From positions 23,252,001 to 23,316,000 of the forward strand of contig CM075987.1 of NCBI GenBank assembly GCA_038087875.1: a stretch of 64,000 bases of DNA. Direction: 5' to 3'. Source of the stretch: Malacoraja senta (lineage: Eukaryota). The notes beneath the pieces are model-generated. The model was not told the DNA's origin, ran no database searches, and saw nothing but the letters and a program-made list of their open reading frames with translations. This document shows, one piece after another, positions 1-64,000 of this stretch. The first letter of the stretch is position 1. Every line of letters starts with the position of its first letter. The position numbers were made by a program, and so were the translations under genes.

Positions 1-122
1 AGTTTATTGTCACGTGTATCGAGGTACAGTGGAAAGCTTCTGTTCCGTGCCATCCAGTCAGCGGAAACACAACACATGATTACAATCGATCCATTTACAC
101 CGCAGAGATGAATGATAAAACA

Positions 123-1030
123 CAAAGCTGGGTGGCAGTGTGAACTGTGAGGAGGATGCTATGAGAATGCACGGTGACTTGGACAGGTTGGGGGAGCGGG
201 CAGATGCACGGCAGATGAAGTTTAATGCGGATAAATGTGAGGTTATCCACTTTGGTGGCAAAACAGGAAGGCAGATTGCTATCTAAATGGCGTCAAGTTG
301 GAATAAAGGGGAAGAACAACGGGATCTGGGGGTCCTTGTTCATCAGTCTATGAAAGTAAGCATGCAGGTACAGCAGGCAGTGAAGAAAGCGAATGGCATG
401 TTGGCCTTTATAACAAGAGGAATCGAATATAGGAGCAAAGAGGTCCTTCTGCAGTTGTACAGAGCCCTAGTGAGACTACACCTGGAGTATTGTGTGCAGT
501 TTTGGTCCCCTAATTTGAGGAAGGACATTCTTGCTATTGAGGGAGTGCAGCGTAGGTTTACAAGGTTAACTCCCGGGATGGCGGGACTGTCATATGCTGA
601 GAGAATGGAGCAGCTGGGCTTGTACACTCTGGAGTTTAGAGGATCTCATTGAAACATATAAGATTGTTAAGGGTTTGGACACGCTAGAGGCAGGGAACAT
701 GTTCCCGATGTTGGGGGAGCCCAGAACCAGGGGCCACAGTTTAAGAATAAGGAGTAAGCCATTTAGAACGGAGACAAGGAAACACTTTTTCTCACCGAGA
801 GTGGTGAGTTTGTGGAATTCTCTGCCCCAGAGGGCGGTGGAGGCAGGTTCTCTGGATGCTTTCAAGAGAGAGCTAGATAGGGCTCTTAAAAATAGCGGAG
901 TCAGGGGATATGGGGAGAAGGCAGGAACGGGGTACTGATTGGGGATGATCAGCCATGATCGCATTGAATGGCGGTGCTGGCTGGAAGGGCCGAATGGCCT
1001 ACTCCTGCACCTATTGTCTATTGTCTATTG
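123..1030 (+). mobile_element. CR1-type LINE 3' fragment, nested in a Rex1-like element
   Basis: ORF2 C-terminus (LYRALVR.HLEYCVQFWSP...RTRGHSL), 3'UTR and (TCTATTG)n tail. Confidence 0.9.
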
Positions 1031-1369
1031 ATAAGGGAATAACGTTTAGTGCAAGGTAAAGCCAGCAAAAAATCTGATCAAGGATAGTCCGAGGGTCACC
1101 GATGAGACAGATAGTAGTTCAGCACTGCTCTCTGGTTGTGGTAGGATGGTTTAGCTGCCTGATAACAGCTGGGAAGAAACTGTCCCTGAATCTGGAGGTG
1201 TGCGTTTTCACACTTCTGTACCTTTTGTCTGATGGGAGAGGGGAGAAGAAGGAGTGGCCGGGGTGCGACTCGTCTGTGATTATGTCGAGGCAGCGTGAGG
1301 TATAAATGGAGTCAATGGAAGGGAGGTTGGTTTGTGTGATGGTCTGGGCTGCGTCCACGATTTGCTGCA
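1031..1369 (-). mobile_element. Rex1/Babar-like LINE 3' fragment (its tail continues at 1-120)
   Basis: HPGHSFFSPLPSDKRYRSVKTHTSRFRDSFFPAVIRQLN motif. Confidence 0.7.
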
Positions 1370-2008
1370 ATGAATGAGTTTGAGTATAGGAGCAGTGAGG
1401 TTCTACTGCAGTTGTACAGGGTCTTGGTGAGACCACACCTGGAGTATTGCGTACAGTTTTGGTCTCCAAATCTGAGGAAGGACATTATAGCCATAGAGGG
1501 AGTGCAGAGAAGGTTCACCAGACTGATTCCTGGGATGTCAGGACTTTCATATGAAGAAAGACTGGATAGACTTGGCTTATACTCGCTAGAATTTAGGAGA
1601 TTGAGAGGGGATCTTATAGAAACGTACAAGATTCTTATGGGGTTGGACAGGCTAGATGCAGGAAGATTGTTCCCGATGTTGGGGAAGTCCAGGACAAGGG
1701 GTCACAGCTTAAGGATAAGGGGAAAATCCTTTAAGACCGAGATGAGGAAAAACTTTTTCACACAGAGAGTGGTGAATCTCTGGAACTCTCTGCCACAGAG
1801 GGTAGTTGAGGCCAGTTCATTGGCTATATTTAAGAGGGAATTAGATGTGGCCCTTGTGGCTAAAGGGATCAGGGGGTATGGAGAGAAGGCAGGTACGGGA
1901 TACTGAGTTGGATGATCAGCCATGATCGTATTGAATGGCGGTGCAGGCTCGAAGGGCCGAATGGCCTACTCCTGCACCTAATTTCTATGTATCTATGTAT
2001 CTATGTAT
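1370..2008 (+). mobile_element. CR1-type LINE 3' fragment
   Basis: 178-aa ORF2 C-terminus and (TCTATGTA)n tail. Confidence 0.9.
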
Positions 2009-2653
2009 CGCAGCATCGGGGGCGTTATGGGCCTCGAGTACGCGGGTTGGACAAAACGTTGGACTTCGAATAATGCAGCCGAAAATGGTGGCACCTGCAT
2101 GTGTAATATATGCACAAGGAATTTCACTGTGCAGTCGCACTTGTGAGAAATACAACATGGCCCATTGATGTAGTGAACAAGTCACAGAGTGATGGCCTGG
2201 GTCGCACTGACCCCACTGTATGGTGGGAATCACCCTCCATCTAAAGTCAGGCCCATCAATGCAAACAGCACAGGACTGCATTACACAGAGGGGTCTCTGC
2301 AACTCCGTTTGCAGCGGTGGATGGTGTGATTGAAACTTCCGAAGAGGTAACGAATCTTAACCCATGCAGATGGACCGCTGTAACTGGCTGATGCAGGGGA
2401 CACCAAACGTGGCACTAGAAAGAGGCACTGTAAGCTCTCGTGTACCACACAGGTACGGACATGCGTAGCTCAGTGTGATGCACCACACAGACGGAGGGCA
2501 CTGCTCCACACTGTATTGTGGTGCCCCTCTAACTCTCACTGCATGGACAAGGGTGCTGCAGCTCACCAGATACGGAGAGAGGCTCTAACTCAGAGCAGCA
2601 ACATCAGTTCGTGCTGAGAGACACACTGAAGGTTAGTGCAGCCAACGTGAAGG

Positions 2654-3612
2654 TTCTGATGGGGTGGTCTACAGTCTAGACTCTGATGGGGTGGTCTACA
2701 GTCTAGACTCTGATGGAGTGGTCTACAGTCTAGACTCTGATGGAGTGGTCTACAGTCTAGACTGATGGGGAATGTCCAGTCTATACTCTGATGGAGAGAT
2801 CCACAATCTAGACTCTGATGGAGTGGTCTACAGTCTAGACTGATGGGGAATGTCCACAGTCTAGACTCTGATGGGAATGTCCACAGTCTAGACTGATGGG
2901 GAATGTCCACAGTCTATACTCTGATGGGGTGGTCTACAGTCTAGACTCTGATGGGGAATGTCCACAGTCTATACTCTGATGGGGAGGTCCACAGTCTAGA
3001 CTCTGATGGGGAGGTCCACAGTCTAGACTCTGATGGGGTGGTCTACAGTCTAGACTCTGATGGAGAGGTCTACAGTCTAGACTGATGGGGAGGTCCACAG
3101 TCTATACTCTGATGGGGAATGTCCACAGTCTAGACTCTGATGGGAATGTCCACAGTCTAGACTCTGATGGAGAGATCCATAGTCTAGACTGATGGGGAAT
3201 GTCCACAGTCTAGACTGATGGGGAGGTCCACAGTCTAGACTCTGATGGGGAATGTCCACAGTCTAGACTGATGGGGAATGTCCACAGTCTAGACTGATGG
3301 GGAATGTCCACAGTCTAGACTGATGGGGAATGTCCACAGTCTAGACTGATGGGGAATGTCCACAGTCTAGACTGATGGGGAGGTCCACAGTCTAGACTCT
3401 GATGGGGAATGTCCACAGTCTAGACTAATGGGGAATGTCCACAGTCTAGACTGATGGGGAATGTCCACAGTCTAGACTGATGGGGAATGTCCACAGTCTA
3501 GACTGATGGGGAATGTCCACAGTCTAGACTGATGGGGAATGTCCACAGTCTAGACTCTGATGGGATGGTCTACAGTCTAGACTCTGATGGGGAATGTCCA
3601 CAGTCTAGACTC
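2654..3612. repeat. minisatellite, ~26-28 bp unit CAGTCTAGACT(CT)GATGGGGAATGTCCA
   Basis: Roughly 35 tandem units seen directly. Confidence 0.95.
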
Positions 3613-4442
3613 TGTCTGCTGCCGGACATTGAGGGGCAGAGTCCGGTGGGGACAGCCCCTCAAACAAGGGAAGCGATATTACTATTCAATGTGTAGACAC
3701 TGAGAACAAATGAAACGTTTTAGCAACGTTTTGCTTTTGAATATATCCTGAATAACGTTTACTTTTAAAATTTAAAAAAACCATCATCCAGTTTTTCATG
3801 GATGAGATGTTTGCCAAGAAGGTGTGGAAAAGGGTGCAATAGTCCTTGTCGAGGTTCATGCCAAACACTGTGTAACAGAGGGCTCTACTGGCTGTGATCT
3901 ACTGGCTGTCACCATCAACTGTACACTGCACAATGACAATAAAGTTGAATCTGAATCCGAATCTGAACCTGAACCTGCACCAGGACAAACACTGACTGCA
4001 GGAAGATCACCATCTTGGTGAAAGACACCCTTTGGTCTGCTCAGAACATGTTGGTTTTCATAAGTTCATAAGTCAGAGGAGCAGAATTAGGCCATTCGGC
4101 CCATCGGGTCTACTCCGTCATTCAATCATGGCTGATCTATCTTTCCCTCTCAATCCCATTCTCCTGCCTCCTTCCCCTAAACGTTGACACCCTTTTCCAG
4201 GGTAGGGAGACGTCCGCAAAGGGACTGCTGTACTCACACTGAACAGTGGAAGCTCTTTGATTCACTTTATATGGAAGAGTCATTTTACCTCAGTGTACAG
4301 GTGGGGGATGTTATAATCTATCTGAGATGAACCTGCTCTTTACCCTCCATTGAACAACAAGGGCACCAACCCAAGCGTTGGATGATCCAGGCAACAAAAC
4401 ATAACCATTACACAAGTTCCACTGAATAAATCGCTTACTTAC

Positions 4443-63973
<59,531 letters not shown>

Positions 63974-64000
63974 CTGTGGGTTGAAGAGAACGAGATTAAG

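Noticed and set aside
2654..3612. CRISPR-like regularly spaced palindromic repeats
   Set aside because: No unique spacers, no cas genes and a vertebrate intron context: a minisatellite.

Overview
Vertebrate genomic DNA, most likely a cartilaginous fish (skate/ray-like) judging by its repeat families. The whole window lies inside one minus-strand clade-B fibrillar collagen gene. It is most similar to COL5A1; COL5A3 or COL11 paralogy is not excluded. I located 37 complete Gly-X-Y exons (36/45/54/90/108 bp, all phase 0, GT-AG) plus one exon cut by the 200-N gap. Together they cover most of the major triple helix; the C-propeptide exons lie left of position 1. One exon (9716-9824) has a +1 frameshift, and another (30948-31001) has Ala at a Gly position. 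The introns are packed with CR1, L1/Tx1 and Rex1-like LINE fragments, tRNA-derived V-SINE/HE1-like SINEs, PIF/Harbinger and hAT MITEs, and mini/microsatellites. They also hold more than 20 Penelope-like element (PLE) fragments, many carrying minimal hammerhead-ribozyme motifs, mostly on the collagen sense strand. The most striking non-coding structure is a 4 x 41-bp tandem hammerhead-motif array about 110 nt upstream of a splice acceptor. No prokaryotic-type system (CRISPR etc.) is present. All family and orthology calls are by eye from remembered consensus sequences, not database searches.
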